DNA of 32,000 nucleotides from Desulfobulbus propionicus DSM 2032. GTDB lineage: Bacteria > Desulfobacterota > Desulfobulbia > Desulfobulbales > Desulfobulbaceae. The stretch spans positions 2,460,001-2,492,000 of the forward strand of contig NC_014972.1 of assembly GCF_000186885.1 (NCBI RefSeq), read 5' to 3'. A program made the translations under genes and the position numbers. Below are positions 16,525-25,489 of the stretch, piece by piece (position 1 is the first letter of the stretch; the number at the start of each line of letters is the position of its first letter). The notes beneath the pieces are model-generated. The model had not been told where the DNA came from, did no database searches, and saw nothing but the letters and a program-made list of their open reading frames with translations.

Positions 16525-17922
16525 ATGACTATTCAATTCGGCGGCCTGGCAACAGGATTGGACACCAGCAGCATCATCAACCAATTGATGTCGCTTGAAC
16601 GGCAGCCGATCACCCGTCTCGAAGCAGATAAGACGTGGCTCAACAATCGCTTGGCCGCGTTTACCCAGCTGGACAGCAAGCTCAAGTCCTTTGCCGATTC
16701 CATCAAGAACCTCAACGACGCCGACACCCTGCTCAAGCGTTCGGTCAAACAGAGCTCGGAAGACTACCTCTCCGCCACCGTTTCCAGCGAAGCGCTGGCT
16801 GGAACCAGCTATCAGGTGGAAGTCGTCTCCCTGGCGCAGGTACAAAAATCGATTTCCGCCACCGGTTTCGCGAGCAAGACCAGTCTCTCCTTTGGCACGG
16901 GCAGCCTTGATCTCACCATTGACGGCACCAGTCACAGTATCGACATCACGGCCGACAACGGGTCGCTTGAAGGGATCATGCGGGCCATCAACGATGCGGA
17001 TCTCGGGGTTTCCGCAGCGATCATCAACGATGGCAGCGGGTCGCCCTATCGCCTGGTGCTCACGGGAGAGGATGTGGGAAAAACCTTTTCCCTGGGTACC
17101 AGCGGCTTGAGCGGAGGAACCGATACCCTTGGCGACTTCAACGTTGACGACGGCAGCGGCACGATCACCAATCCACCGGTGCAAGCAGCCACCCAGGCCC
17201 ATATCCGGGTGGATACCGTTGACATATACAGCAGTTCCAACACGCTGACCGAGGCGATTCCCGGGGTGACGCTCGATCTCCTGCAAGCGGAAGTCGGCAA
17301 AACCACCAGTCTGTCCATCAGTCTGGATACCAAGAGCATCAAATCGACCATCGAAGCCTTTGCCAAGGGGTACAACGAGGTGGTCAGTTTTGTCACCGGC
17401 CAATCGATCATCAACGAAAAGGGCGGCGGCGTGCTTGGTGGCGATTCGGGAATCAACTCGATCAAGCGCCACCTGCAAAGCATGCTGACCAAGCCGTTTG
17501 CCAACAGTGGCGTTTTCAGCTCGCTGTCCCAGCTGGGGTTCGAGACGCAAAAAGACGGCACCCTGAAGGTCAACGATACGACCCTGTCGGCCGCAGTCAG
17601 CAACAACCTGGACAGTGTTGTCAGCCTGTTGACCGGAGAAAACGGCAAGGACGGCCTGATTGCCGAATTCCAGGACTATCTGCAATCGATGACCAACTCG
17701 TCCAGCGGTATGTTGCAGGGCCGAAAGCAAAGTATCAACAACAATATAAAACGCATCGACAATCAAATTACCAACATGGAGACGAGGCTGGAGAAACGGC
17801 AGCTGACCTTGGAATCGCAGTTCAGCGCCATGGAAACCCTGGTTAGCGGGCTCAATTCGCAGGGGTCCTATCTCTCTCAACAAATGACCATCCTCAGCAA
17901 CATGATGAGCGGGAGCAACTAA
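16525..17922 (+). CDS. fliD: Flagellar filament capping protein FliD
   Basis: GLATGLDTSSIINQLMSLERQPITRLE N-terminus and C-terminal coiled coil (RLEKRQLTLESQFSAMETLVSGLNSQGSYL). Confidence 0.92.
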   Translation: MTIQFGGLATGLDTSSIINQLMSLERQPITRLEADKTWLNNRLAAFTQLDSKLKSFADSIKNLNDADTLLKRSVKQSSEDYLSATVSSEALAGTSYQVEVVSLAQVQKSISATGFASKTSLSFGTGSLDLTIDGTSHSIDITADNGSLEGIMRAINDADLGVSAAIINDGSGSPYRLVLTGEDVGKTFSLGTSGLSGGTDTLGDFNVDDGSGTITNPPVQAATQAHIRVDTVDIYSSSNTLTEAIPGVTLDLLQAEVGKTTSLSISLDTKSIKSTIEAFAKGYNEVVSFVTGQSIINEKGGGVLGGDSGINSIKRHLQSMLTKPFANSGVFSSLSQLGFETQKDGTLKVNDTTLSAAVSNNLDSVVSLLTGENGKDGLIAEFQDYLQSMTNSSSGMLQGRKQSINNNIKRIDNQITNMETRLEKRQLTLESQFSAMETLVSGLNSQGSYLSQQMTILSNMMSGSN

Positions 17923-18374
17923 TGAATGGCTACACGAATCAATACATGGTCAATACGGTCACATCGGCATCGCCGGAACAACTGATGCTGATGCTCTACG
18001 ATGGCGCCATCCGTTTTATCTCCCTTGGCATCCAGGCGATCGAAAACGGTCAAATTGATAAACGGGCCTACTATATCAACAAGACGTCGGCCATTGTCTC
18101 CGAGTTTGCCGCCACCCTCGACCATTCGTTGAACCCCAAGCTGGCGGAAGATCTCGATGCCCTGTATGGATATATGCTGAACCGGATGTTGGACGCCAAC
18201 CTGAAAAACGATGCCGCGCCACTGCATGAAGTCAAGAAACTGCTGGCTGACCTGCGGGCCACCTGGGCGCAGGCCATAGAAATGAACAAAACGGAAAAAC
18301 GGGAAGCCATGGGGGCAACCACCCCGGCAGCTCCTGGAACCATGGCCTACAGACCGCTTGTGGCGGCAATGTGA
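17922..18374 (+). CDS. fliS: Flagellin-specific export chaperone FliS
   Basis: SPEQLMLMLYDGAIRFI...LDALYGYM pattern. Its ATG overlaps the fliD stop (TAATG). Confidence 0.9.
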   Translation: MNGYTNQYMVNTVTSASPEQLMLMLYDGAIRFISLGIQAIENGQIDKRAYYINKTSAIVSEFAATLDHSLNPKLAEDLDALYGYMLNRMLDANLKNDAAPLHEVKKLLADLRATWAQAIEMNKTEKREAMGATTPAAPGTMAYRPLVAAM

Positions 18375-18375
18375 A

Positions 18376-18774
18376 ATGGACAACGCACTGATTGAACAAT
18401 CGCTGACCCAGTATCGTCGGATTGCCGAGATGTATGGGCAAATCGAGCAAGCCCTGCAGAACAGGCAAATGGACACACTTGCCTCACTGTGCGCCGACAT
18501 GAACATCCTGCAGGAGGAGATCAAGGGCAACGACGCGGCAATGCTCGACCTGCTCCGACAATCCCCCGCGTTGAAGAAAGACGAACGGATGCGGGAGTTG
18601 GTGGCATTGATGGACAAGATACGCGGCCAGAACAACCGCTTGACCGTTCAGTTGAAAAACATCATGGCGGTTCAACGCAGCGAACTCCAGAAATTACAAC
18701 AGGGCAGCACCGTTCTCCAGGGATACCGGCCCGCATCCGACCACACCGGCAAGAGGATATCCGTTTCCAACTAG
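18376..18774 (+). CDS. Hypothetical coiled-coil protein, positionally FliT/FlgN-like chaperone
   Basis: ATG at 18376, 1 nt after the fliS stop. 132 aa, helical and Q/L/E-rich. Assignment rests on gene order only. Confidence 0.5.
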   Translation: MDNALIEQSLTQYRRIAEMYGQIEQALQNRQMDTLASLCADMNILQEEIKGNDAAMLDLLRQSPALKKDERMRELVALMDKIRGQNNRLTVQLKNIMAVQRSELQKLQQGSTVLQGYRPASDHTGKRISVSN

Positions 18775-18784
18775 CCGTCCCCCG

Positions 18785-18807
18785 CGTTGGCCCGGGCCAA
18801 CGTTTTT
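18785..18807 (+). terminator. Rho-independent terminator ending the flaG-fliD-fliS operon
   Basis: CGTTGGCC-CG-GGCCAACG palindromic stem followed by TTTTT. Confidence 0.7.
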
Positions 18808-18907
18808 CACTTCGACCTTCTCTCCCGCCAAATATTTCTTCCTTTCTTGCCTCGCTTGTGGCAATTTAGAAAGAAATTATTTTTTCAATTCGAGAGAAGG
18901 TAACATC

Positions 18908-19615
18908 TTGCCACTACTCAATAGTTTTTTTCTTAACCTCAAAGAGGGAACGGCGTTGCGCGCCGCGATTCCACTTGTGGGTGTTCTTGAAAAAGCACGG
19001 CTCAATTGCTTTTTGGCAAACGCGGAGCCGCCGAGATTTACCCTTTCCTTCCCGCACGGTTCTTTGGCGATGGATCAGGTCGACATCAGCAGAACCTGTA
19101 TGGTCATCGTTGATTTGACCGATCAGACGGTCACCGTCTCCGCGGACATCGAACGGATAGCCGACCCGTCCACCCTGGAACTCGTGGCACGTGAATCCGT
19201 CACCCATACCCAAACCCGCAACTACTTCAGGGTTGACGCAGCCACCCGTGTTGCCGCCTCTTCGGTCGTTCCACCGGAAATGGCCAAGGAAGGGGAAAGC
19301 TGGCGGTTGCTCGGTGACACCATCGATCTCAGCGGCAGCGGACTGTTGTGCAGTTTTAGCGACCCACTGGAGAAGGATAAACCGGTCAACATCGAACTCA
19401 TTCTTCCGACCAGGAACATGGAAGTCATCCGGGCCCTCGGTCATGTGGTCCGTTGTCGGAAAATCGAGGAAAACCTGTATCATGTCGCCTTGCATTTCGA
19501 CCAGATCGATCCCGAAAGCCAGGACAAGATAATGGCCTGCTGCTTTGAATTGCAACGCCGGTATCTGCGCATGCGGGTACAGTTGGAAAGCCAACCTCCT
19601 TCTCAGCAAGAATAG
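18908..19615 (+). CDS. PilZ-domain c-di-GMP receptor, YcgR-like two-domain architecture (paralog 1)
   Basis: RNYFR (RxxxR) and DLSGSG (D/NxSxxG) PilZ motifs after an N-terminal domain of about 100 aa. The TTG start at 18908 is supported by length and alignment with paralog 2. Confidence 0.75.
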   Translation: MPLLNSFFLNLKEGTALRAAIPLVGVLEKARLNCFLANAEPPRFTLSFPHGSLAMDQVDISRTCMVIVDLTDQTVTVSADIERIADPSTLELVARESVTHTQTRNYFRVDAATRVAASSVVPPEMAKEGESWRLLGDTIDLSGSGLLCSFSDPLEKDKPVNIELILPTRNMEVIRALGHVVRCRKIEENLYHVALHFDQIDPESQDKIMACCFELQRRYLRMRVQLESQPPSQQE

Positions 19616-19652
19616 CCGGTCAACCACTTCTTTTACATCGTGTAACGTCTCC

Positions 19653-20327
19653 GTGAAAAGCATCGAAGAAATCTTACAGGCAATCGATGACCATTCCCCG
19701 ACGATTGTCGATCTCCCAGGAAACCGTGAGGAAAGTTTCCGTTGCAAGGCCCTGTTGATCAAGAAACAAGGGCAAGTGATTGAACTGGTATGCCCTCCCC
19801 ACTCGTGGGAGGCCGATGCGCTCAAACTCGGGGCTGACTGCAACCTGGCCGTCGAGCACAACGGGAAGACGGTCAACCTGATCGCACGGCTTGACAGCAT
19901 TGTCGGCGATCGGCGCCTGCATCTCACGGCACGGGCACCCGTCTCGCCGGAATCGTTGCGAGAATATTTCCGGGTGTCGATCAATACGCCCGTGGAAGCG
20001 AGCTATATCGCCAATATCAAGGAGATAAAAGGCCGTACCTGGAAATTGGTCGGCACGACCATTGACCTCAGCGGGAGCGGCATCTTGGCGGTGTTTGATC
20101 AGAAACCGCCCAGCAACCACCGCATCCAGCTCGTCATAACCGCTCCCGAGGACGCGCCGCCTATCGTCTGCCTGGCAAACGTGGTCAGGACCTACAGAAT
20201 TCGCAAGAACCGCTATCAAGTGGCCTTTCACTTTGAAACCATTTCCACCAAAACCAGGGATCAGATCATCTCCTGCTGTCTTCACGAGCAACGGCGGCAG
20301 CTGAGGGAAAATGCTCGCGTGGCCTGA
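19653..20327 (+). CDS. PilZ-domain c-di-GMP receptor, YcgR-like (paralog 2)
   Basis: REYFR and DLSGSG motifs. The C-terminus (AFHFETIS...DQIISCCLHEQRRQLR) parallels paralog 1 (ALHFDQID...DKIMACCFELQRRYLR). The start is uncertain: GTG 19653 is chosen because the TTG at 19545 would overlap the upstream gene by 70 nt. Confidence 0.7.
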   Translation: MKSIEEILQAIDDHSPTIVDLPGNREESFRCKALLIKKQGQVIELVCPPHSWEADALKLGADCNLAVEHNGKTVNLIARLDSIVGDRRLHLTARAPVSPESLREYFRVSINTPVEASYIANIKEIKGRTWKLVGTTIDLSGSGILAVFDQKPPSNHRIQLVITAPEDAPPIVCLANVVRTYRIRKNRYQVAFHFETISTKTRDQIISCCLHEQRRQLRENARVA

Positions 20328-20433
20328 CCGCAGCGCCCCATTGTTCCCGGCTTCGCCCGGATGCAACGAGCTCTGGTACATGGCTGCCACCGTGGTGGAA
20401 GCAAAGTAACCGGATCAACACGCGCGAGGAATT

Positions 20434-21945
20434 GTGGAGCCATTGACGCTGATCACTGAAATACACTCTCTCTCGCCGGTTGATCAATTTGGTGGTCAGC
20501 ACCAGCGCCCTCCGTTCACCTCAGGCCAATTTCTCCAGGGGACCATCACCGCTCAACAGGGGCCTCACCACTTCACGCTCGATATTGGTGGACGGCAACT
20601 GGCCACCGAATCATCCGCGCCCCTGCAGGTCGGGCAGAAACTTGACTTGCAGGTTACGTCGCTGGTGCCGCAGGTGGAACTGCGGATCATCCCCAGCAAT
20701 CCGCTCACCCAGCAAATCAGCAGCGCTCTCCACCTGCTGGGGCAGGTGGCCACAACGGTGCCGCAGCTCGACAACCTGGCCCAGGAGGCCCGGCAGTTGC
20801 CTCAACTCAGTCCAACCGCCCGTGAAACGCTGCAATTGTTCAGCGACAGCCTCATCAGTCGTGCGGAACAGCACGCCTCTCCCCCCCTCCCCCTCGCCGC
20901 CCAGCTGTTCGACACCGCGCTGACAACCGCCACGGCACCCCCTGGCACACGCACCGACACGCCAACCCAATTCAATGAGATCAGCCGCATCCTGCTTCAG
21001 CTGGCGGGCAGCGGCTCGCTCTCGCCGCAAGCTGTCGAACGGGCGGTCAATCTCGCCGCCTTGTTCGCGCGCGCCGCCGCCCCGCAAGCGGCGTCACCGT
21101 TTTCTTCCCTGGAAACGGCGACGCTCGCCGCGCTTCCCCCCGCGATCGCCGAGCAATTCCTGGGAAAATGGACCACCATCCCGCCTCAGGATCCCGGGCT
21201 TGCCGCGCTGCTGTCCCAGGCTCCGCTGTCGCCCCAATCGGGGCAAGCACTCGCCGAGAACCATCCCTTGCGGCAGCTGTTCGCCTTCCTGGCCGCGGAA
21301 AGCGGCAAGGAACCGGCGGCAGCCGCACGCCTCGACCTGAGCGGGCAGCAAGTCGAAACCGTGCTCAAGCGCCTCGGATTGCAGATGGAGCGCCTGTTCG
21401 CGGAGAACCGACCGCACGAGGCCGTGCAAACCCTGAAGTACGCCTTGCTGGAAATGTCGCAGCAGGCAAACGCAACGGAGGCGAGCGCCCTGCACGCGGA
21501 TCAGCTGGTTAAAACAATCGAACTGTATCAGATGCTCCAGATCCGTTTGGCCGGGGAATCGCTCTTTTTCATGCCCCTGCCCTTTTCCTTTCTCACCCAA
21601 GGCTATCTGCTGATTGACAGCGAACAGCCGGGAAATCAGGCATCGAAAAAAGGGGGCCTAGCATCGACCGACGCGCATCATGTCACGCTCCATCTGCAAC
21701 TCGAGGGGCTGGGTAACCTGGAAATTGACATTCTTTGCGAACAGGACCGGATCGCCTTGAAATTCCTAGCCGAGGATGTGGAGCGCGCGAAATATATCCA
21801 GGGATTCCGGGGAGAACTCGAACAATGGCTGACCGCCGGCCGCCTGGATTCGGTACAGTTCCTGGTCGGGGCCAAGGAACCGACCAAACTGCTCCTGGAA
21901 AAACTGGTCCATGGGCTCACCGGCATGGTTGACACCACGGCCTGA
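20434..21945 (+). CDS. fliK: Flagellar hook-length control protein FliK
   Basis: P/A/Q-rich low-complexity centre and a C-terminal Flg_hook-type domain (HHVTLHLQLEGLGNLEIDILCEQDRIALKFLAEDVERAKYIQ). The start codon is uncertain (GTG 20434 or TTG 20443). Confidence 0.8.
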   Translation: MEPLTLITEIHSLSPVDQFGGQHQRPPFTSGQFLQGTITAQQGPHHFTLDIGGRQLATESSAPLQVGQKLDLQVTSLVPQVELRIIPSNPLTQQISSALHLLGQVATTVPQLDNLAQEARQLPQLSPTARETLQLFSDSLISRAEQHASPPLPLAAQLFDTALTTATAPPGTRTDTPTQFNEISRILLQLAGSGSLSPQAVERAVNLAALFARAAAPQAASPFSSLETATLAALPPAIAEQFLGKWTTIPPQDPGLAALLSQAPLSPQSGQALAENHPLRQLFAFLAAESGKEPAAAARLDLSGQQVETVLKRLGLQMERLFAENRPHEAVQTLKYALLEMSQQANATEASALHADQLVKTIELYQMLQIRLAGESLFFMPLPFSFLTQGYLLIDSEQPGNQASKKGGLASTDAHHVTLHLQLEGLGNLEIDILCEQDRIALKFLAEDVERAKYIQGFRGELEQWLTAGRLDSVQFLVGAKEPTKLLLEKLVHGLTGMVDTTA

Positions 21946-21966
21946 AACGCGAGAAGGAAGGATTGC

Positions 21967-22275
21967 ATGGCCGACGACCAGCGCACGGCAAAAAAGGCGG
22001 TTGCCCTGCTCTATGACCAGGACAAGGGAACGGCTCCGAAGGTTATCGCCAGCGGCTCCAACCTGATCGCCGAGAAGATCATCGCCACGGCGATGGAAGC
22101 CGGGGTACATATCCGCGAAGACAAGGATTTGGTCGAATTGTTGGCGAAAATCCCCCTTGGCCAGGAAATTCCGGTTGAACTCTACCAGACCATCGCCGAA
22201 GTCCTGGCCTTTGTCTATTCGGTCAACGGTACCTACAAAAACAAAAGCAACCCGACGACGCAACAGGGGCAATAG
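21967..22275 (+). CDS. EscU/YscU/FlhB C-terminal-domain-only protein (YlqH/FhlB-like)
   Basis: KKAVALLYDQDKGTAPKVIASGSNLIAEKIIATAMEAGVHIREDKDLVELL...IPVELYQTIAEVLAFVY matches the FlhB cytoplasmic subdomain downstream of the NPTH cleavage site. No TM region. Confidence 0.85.
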   Translation: MADDQRTAKKAVALLYDQDKGTAPKVIASGSNLIAEKIIATAMEAGVHIREDKDLVELLAKIPLGQEIPVELYQTIAEVLAFVYSVNGTYKNKSNPTTQQGQ

Positions 22276-22389
22276 ACTGCATCGGTTGCTCGGCAAAAAC
22301 ACGCTGTCCCTGCCCCGCCATTTCGCTGTTCAACCGTTTTCCCCGTGGCGGGAAACGGTCAATCATCCATCCACAAGGAGGAACGTCCG

Positions 22390-22683
22390 ATGAGAAAGAT
22401 GCTTATCTTTGGCGCAGTATCCCTCTTTACCCTCACCGTTGTCTCGCTCGGCACGGGCCAGGAGGCGACCGAACAAGGCTGCCGGCAGACCCTGCAAGCC
22501 AACTGCACCACCTGCCACGGCCTGAAAAAAATCTGCAACAAGCTCGATCAACAGGATGCGGACTGGAAGAAGATCGTCGCCAACATGGGACAAAAAGGCA
22601 ATCTCAGCCAGGAGGTGCAGGACACGGTCGTGACCTGTTTGACCACCACCAAGGAACCGAAAAAATTGGTCTGCGGCCAATAG
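22390..22683 (+). CDS. Small secreted protein with one CxxCH motif (putative monoheme c-type cytochrome)
   Basis: ATG at 22390 after AGGAGGA. Signal-peptide-like MRKMLIFGAVSLFTLTVVSLG, a single CTTCH motif and a downstream Met (ANMGQ) as a possible axial ligand. Confidence 0.5.
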   Translation: MRKMLIFGAVSLFTLTVVSLGTGQEATEQGCRQTLQANCTTCHGLKKICNKLDQQDADWKKIVANMGQKGNLSQEVQDTVVTCLTTTKEPKKLVCGQ

Positions 22684-22734
22684 GAACACCAACCGTTCCA
22701 TCCGCCGATGTTCTTCCGCGGGTGGCTGCCAACA

Positions 22735-22765
22735 GGGACATCGAGCACGATGTCCCTTATTTTTT
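22735..22765 (+). terminator. Rho-independent terminator
   Basis: GGGACATCG-AGCA-CGATGTCCC followed by TTATTTTTT. It abuts the stop of the convergent flavin reductase gene. Confidence 0.7.
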
Positions 22766-23362
22766 GCTCCGCGATAATCCGACCTTTCTTTTTTTCCGTT
22801 TCTTTTCCACGGAAAATCCGAATTTTCCGATCTTTTTTCCCAGGGAAAAATATTGGCCGTGGGCAAACACCAGCGGTTCCGCCTTGGTCAGATCAAAGGC
22901 GCCGGTGCGGGGATCGAGGTAGCGCTCATCGGCCTTGACGTTGACCACCTCGGCAATGAACATGTCATGGGTCCCCAACCGCTTGATCTCGGTGACCCGG
23001 CACTCGATATTGATCGGCGCCTCGACGATGATCGGTGCCTTGATCACCGTGGCCGGGCCAGGGGTCAAATGCATTTCCTCGAATTTTTGATACTGACGCC
23101 CCGACCTCACCCCACACCAGTCGGTGGCGAAGGCCAGGGGCCGGGTGGTGAGGTTGATGACAAACTCGCGGGTCCGCCGCAGAATCTCGTACGAATGCCG
23201 CTGCGGTCGAACCGAGATGTAGCACATCGGCGGGTCGGAACAGAGGGTGCCGGTCCAGGCGATGGTGATGATATTGTACTCCTCGGCCGTCTCTCCCAGG
23301 CTGACCATGACCGCAGGCAGCGGATAGATCATGGTGCCGGGTTTCCAATCGACTTTTGTCAT
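22757..23362 (-). CDS. Flavin reductase-like FMN-binding protein
   Basis: YPLPAVMVS...NIITIAWTG...SVRPQRHSYEIL...EFVINL pattern of the flavin reductase-like split-barrel family. Lys-rich C-terminal tail. Confidence 0.85.
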   Translation of the reverse strand: MTKVDWKPGTMIYPLPAVMVSLGETAEEYNIITIAWTGTLCSDPPMCYISVRPQRHSYEILRRTREFVINLTTRPLAFATDWCGVRSGRQYQKFEEMHLTPGPATVIKAPIIVEAPINIECRVTEIKRLGTHDMFIAEVVNVKADERYLDPRTGAFDLTKAEPLVFAHGQYFSLGKKIGKFGFSVEKKRKKRKVGLSRSKK

Positions 23363-23403
23363 ATCGTTCCGTTTTCACAACGTGTAGCACGCGCCGGCAG
23401 CGC

Positions 23404-24807
23404 TCAAGAGCGGCGCAGCCGGCCACGAAACATGGAAAAATAGACCCCTGCCCCGCACAGCACGGCCGAAAGAGCGAAGACGGTGCGGATACTGAGCAGA
23501 AAATGGGGATAGTTATCCGGGGTGAGAGTCTCGCGTCCGACCATGAGGGCCAGGACCACGGTGGCGATAGCCATGCTCACCATCTGCCCCATCAGACGCA
23601 TGGTGGCCACCACGCCCGAGGCAATGCCGTACTGTTCCTTGGCCACCGATCCCATGATGGCGCTCATGTTCGGCGAGGAGAACAGGGCAAAGCCAAAACC
23701 GAGCAGTAGCAGGGTGGCGGCAATGGCCGGCGTGGGCGTGGCGGCGTGCAACTGGGTGAACACCAGCATTCCGGCCACGGTGATCGCCATGCCGGCGGAG
23801 GCCAGCAAGCGGGGTTCGACCCGGTCCGAAAGCCGGCCGGCAATGGGCGAGAAGAGGGCCATGACCACCGGTTGAGCCATGAGAATCGTGCCGGCCGTCT
23901 GCGGCGGCATGCCCTTGAGATACTGCAGGTACAGACTGAGGAGAAAGGTGACCGCGAAGGTGGCCGAGTAGTTGAGCAGGGCCGCCAGGCTGGAAAAGGC
24001 AAACACCCGGTTTTCGCGGAACAGCGACACGTCGAACACCGGATGCGCGCTCTGCCGCTGCTGGTGGAAAAAAAAGGCCAACGCGCCCACGCCGGTCAGC
24101 ACCAGGATGCCGCCAGGCAAACTTGGCAGAATGGAGGCGCCGTAGATCAGGGCAAGGATTGCCGCCGCATAGATCACGCTGCCGAGCACGTCGAGGCGTT
24201 GCTCGCGCGGATCGGCCCATTCTCCCTTGAGAAAGGTTAGGGTCACGGTAATGGAGACGGCGCCCAGGGGCAGCATGATCAGAAAAATGGAGCGCCAGCC
24301 AAACTGCTGGGTGAGGATGCCGCCGACAAATGGACCGACCGAAAGCCCGACGTACACCGCCGCCACATAGATGCCGATCGCCCGGCCACGTCGGTGCGGA
24401 GGAAAGATCGAGGTCAGGATAGCCATGCCGGTGGTGATGAACATGCCGGCGCCCAGCCCCTGCATGGCCCGGAACACCAACAGCCAGGTGACGTTGCCGG
24501 CAAAGGCGGCCAGGGTCGAAGCCAGGGTGTACGTGGCCAATCCGCTGGTGAACACCTTTTTCCTGCCGCGCATATCGGCGATCTTGCCGACCGGCAGCAG
24601 GACAACAGCGACCGCCAGCAGATAGGCGGTGGCGATCCAGCTCAGCTGCACCGCGTTCATGCTCAGATCGGCCTGAATGGCCGGCAGGGCCACATTCACC
24701 GAGGAAATCATGAACGGCCCAAGAAACGAGGTCAGGGTGGCGACAAACAGCGCTGAACGTTCCAGGGACGAGACCTGCGGTGCCGGTTCACGGGAAGAAG
24801 AAGACAT
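23404..24807 (-). CDS. MFS transporter, DHA2/EmrB-like (14-TMS type)
   Basis: 467 aa, many hydrophobic segments, GKIADMRGRKKVF (MFS motif A-like) and LVFRAMQGLGAG motifs. Confidence 0.88.
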   Translation of the reverse strand: MSSSSREPAPQVSSLERSALFVATLTSFLGPFMISSVNVALPAIQADLSMNAVQLSWIATAYLLAVAVVLLPVGKIADMRGRKKVFTSGLATYTLASTLAAFAGNVTWLLVFRAMQGLGAGMFITTGMAILTSIFPPHRRGRAIGIYVAAVYVGLSVGPFVGGILTQQFGWRSIFLIMLPLGAVSITVTLTFLKGEWADPREQRLDVLGSVIYAAAILALIYGASILPSLPGGILVLTGVGALAFFFHQQRQSAHPVFDVSLFRENRVFAFSSLAALLNYSATFAVTFLLSLYLQYLKGMPPQTAGTILMAQPVVMALFSPIAGRLSDRVEPRLLASAGMAITVAGMLVFTQLHAATPTPAIAATLLLLGFGFALFSSPNMSAIMGSVAKEQYGIASGVVATMRLMGQMVSMAIATVVLALMVGRETLTPDNYPHFLLSIRTVFALSAVLCGAGVYFSMFRGRLRRS

Positions 24808-24822
24808 GCGTTGGGTGCCGGC

Positions 24823-25326
24823 TTACTTGTTGTGCCCTTTGCCTTTTCCCTGTCCCTGGCCAGCTTCTTTACCATGCCCTTGACCGCCTTCTTTTCCCTT
24901 GCCCCGTGCATGGCTAGGTGCGCCGGGTTCCCTGCCAGGAGCATCCATGAGCACGAAATCGCCGCGTTTGAGCGCATGAAATTCGGCCGAACCCGGCTTG
25001 ATGCCCAACTCCTTGGCAACCACGCCCCACCCTCTGCCCCTGTTGGCGCTATACGTCCGCAGCACCTGCTCGGGCGGAAGACCCAGCATCTGGCCAAGTT
25101 GTAGACACATGAAGGCGTCGGCGGGTACGGCAACCGATCTGAGCAGGGAATGGACCCGCGTCTCGGGCACACCGAATTGGGCGCTCAGACGCACCCCATA
25201 ACCATCGATATCTGTCCGGGCCTGGCCGTTGAGGCCGGCGAGAAATCCGTCCAGATCGGCATGCGCCGCGGCAGGCAGGGTGAGCACGACAACGAGGAGC
25301 ATCATCAGCAAACAACGAAAGTTCAT
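24823..25326 (-). CDS. Hypothetical secreted protein with Gly/Lys-rich C-terminal tail
   Basis: Start moved to ATG 25324-25326 (MNFRCLLMMLLVVVLTLPAAAHA, a signal peptide) with GAAGGAGG RBS. The tail reads GKGKEGGQGHGKEAGQGQGKGKGHNK. It ends 15 nt before the MFS gene start. Confidence 0.6.
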   Translation of the reverse strand: MNFRCLLMMLLVVVLTLPAAAHADLDGFLAGLNGQARTDIDGYGVRLSAQFGVPETRVHSLLRSVAVPADAFMCLQLGQMLGLPPEQVLRTYSANRGRGWGVVAKELGIKPGSAEFHALKRGDFVLMDAPGREPGAPSHARGKGKEGGQGHGKEAGQGQGKGKGHNK

Positions 25327-25489
25327 ATAACCTCCTTCAATGATGGTGGACGCACGGGCCGGGCAATGAGCGGCTCGCACAGCGTGCATGTTGAACATGT
25401 CAGCCGGAACGATCGGCCGGGTGCAGATGCGCACCATACCACGCCTTTCCGGGAATGTCTGGTCAAGATTGCGGCCGACGATGCGCTGG

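Noticed and set aside
16135-17883. 582-aa minus-strand ORF, the longest in the flagellar region
   Set aside because: It mirrors flaG and fliD, which have unmistakable family signatures and RBSs on the + strand, so it is a shadow ORF. The same reasoning rejects 656..1282, 1296..2081, 2243..2953, 5420..6397, 11360..12520, 12520..13329, 14724..15593, 18914..19984, 19674..20390, 29252..30616 and 30652..31311.
18852-18872. GTGGCAATTTAGAAAG upstream of PilZ 1 as a sigma54 promoter
   Set aside because: A GG is present, but there is no TTGC/GC element at the required -12 spacing.
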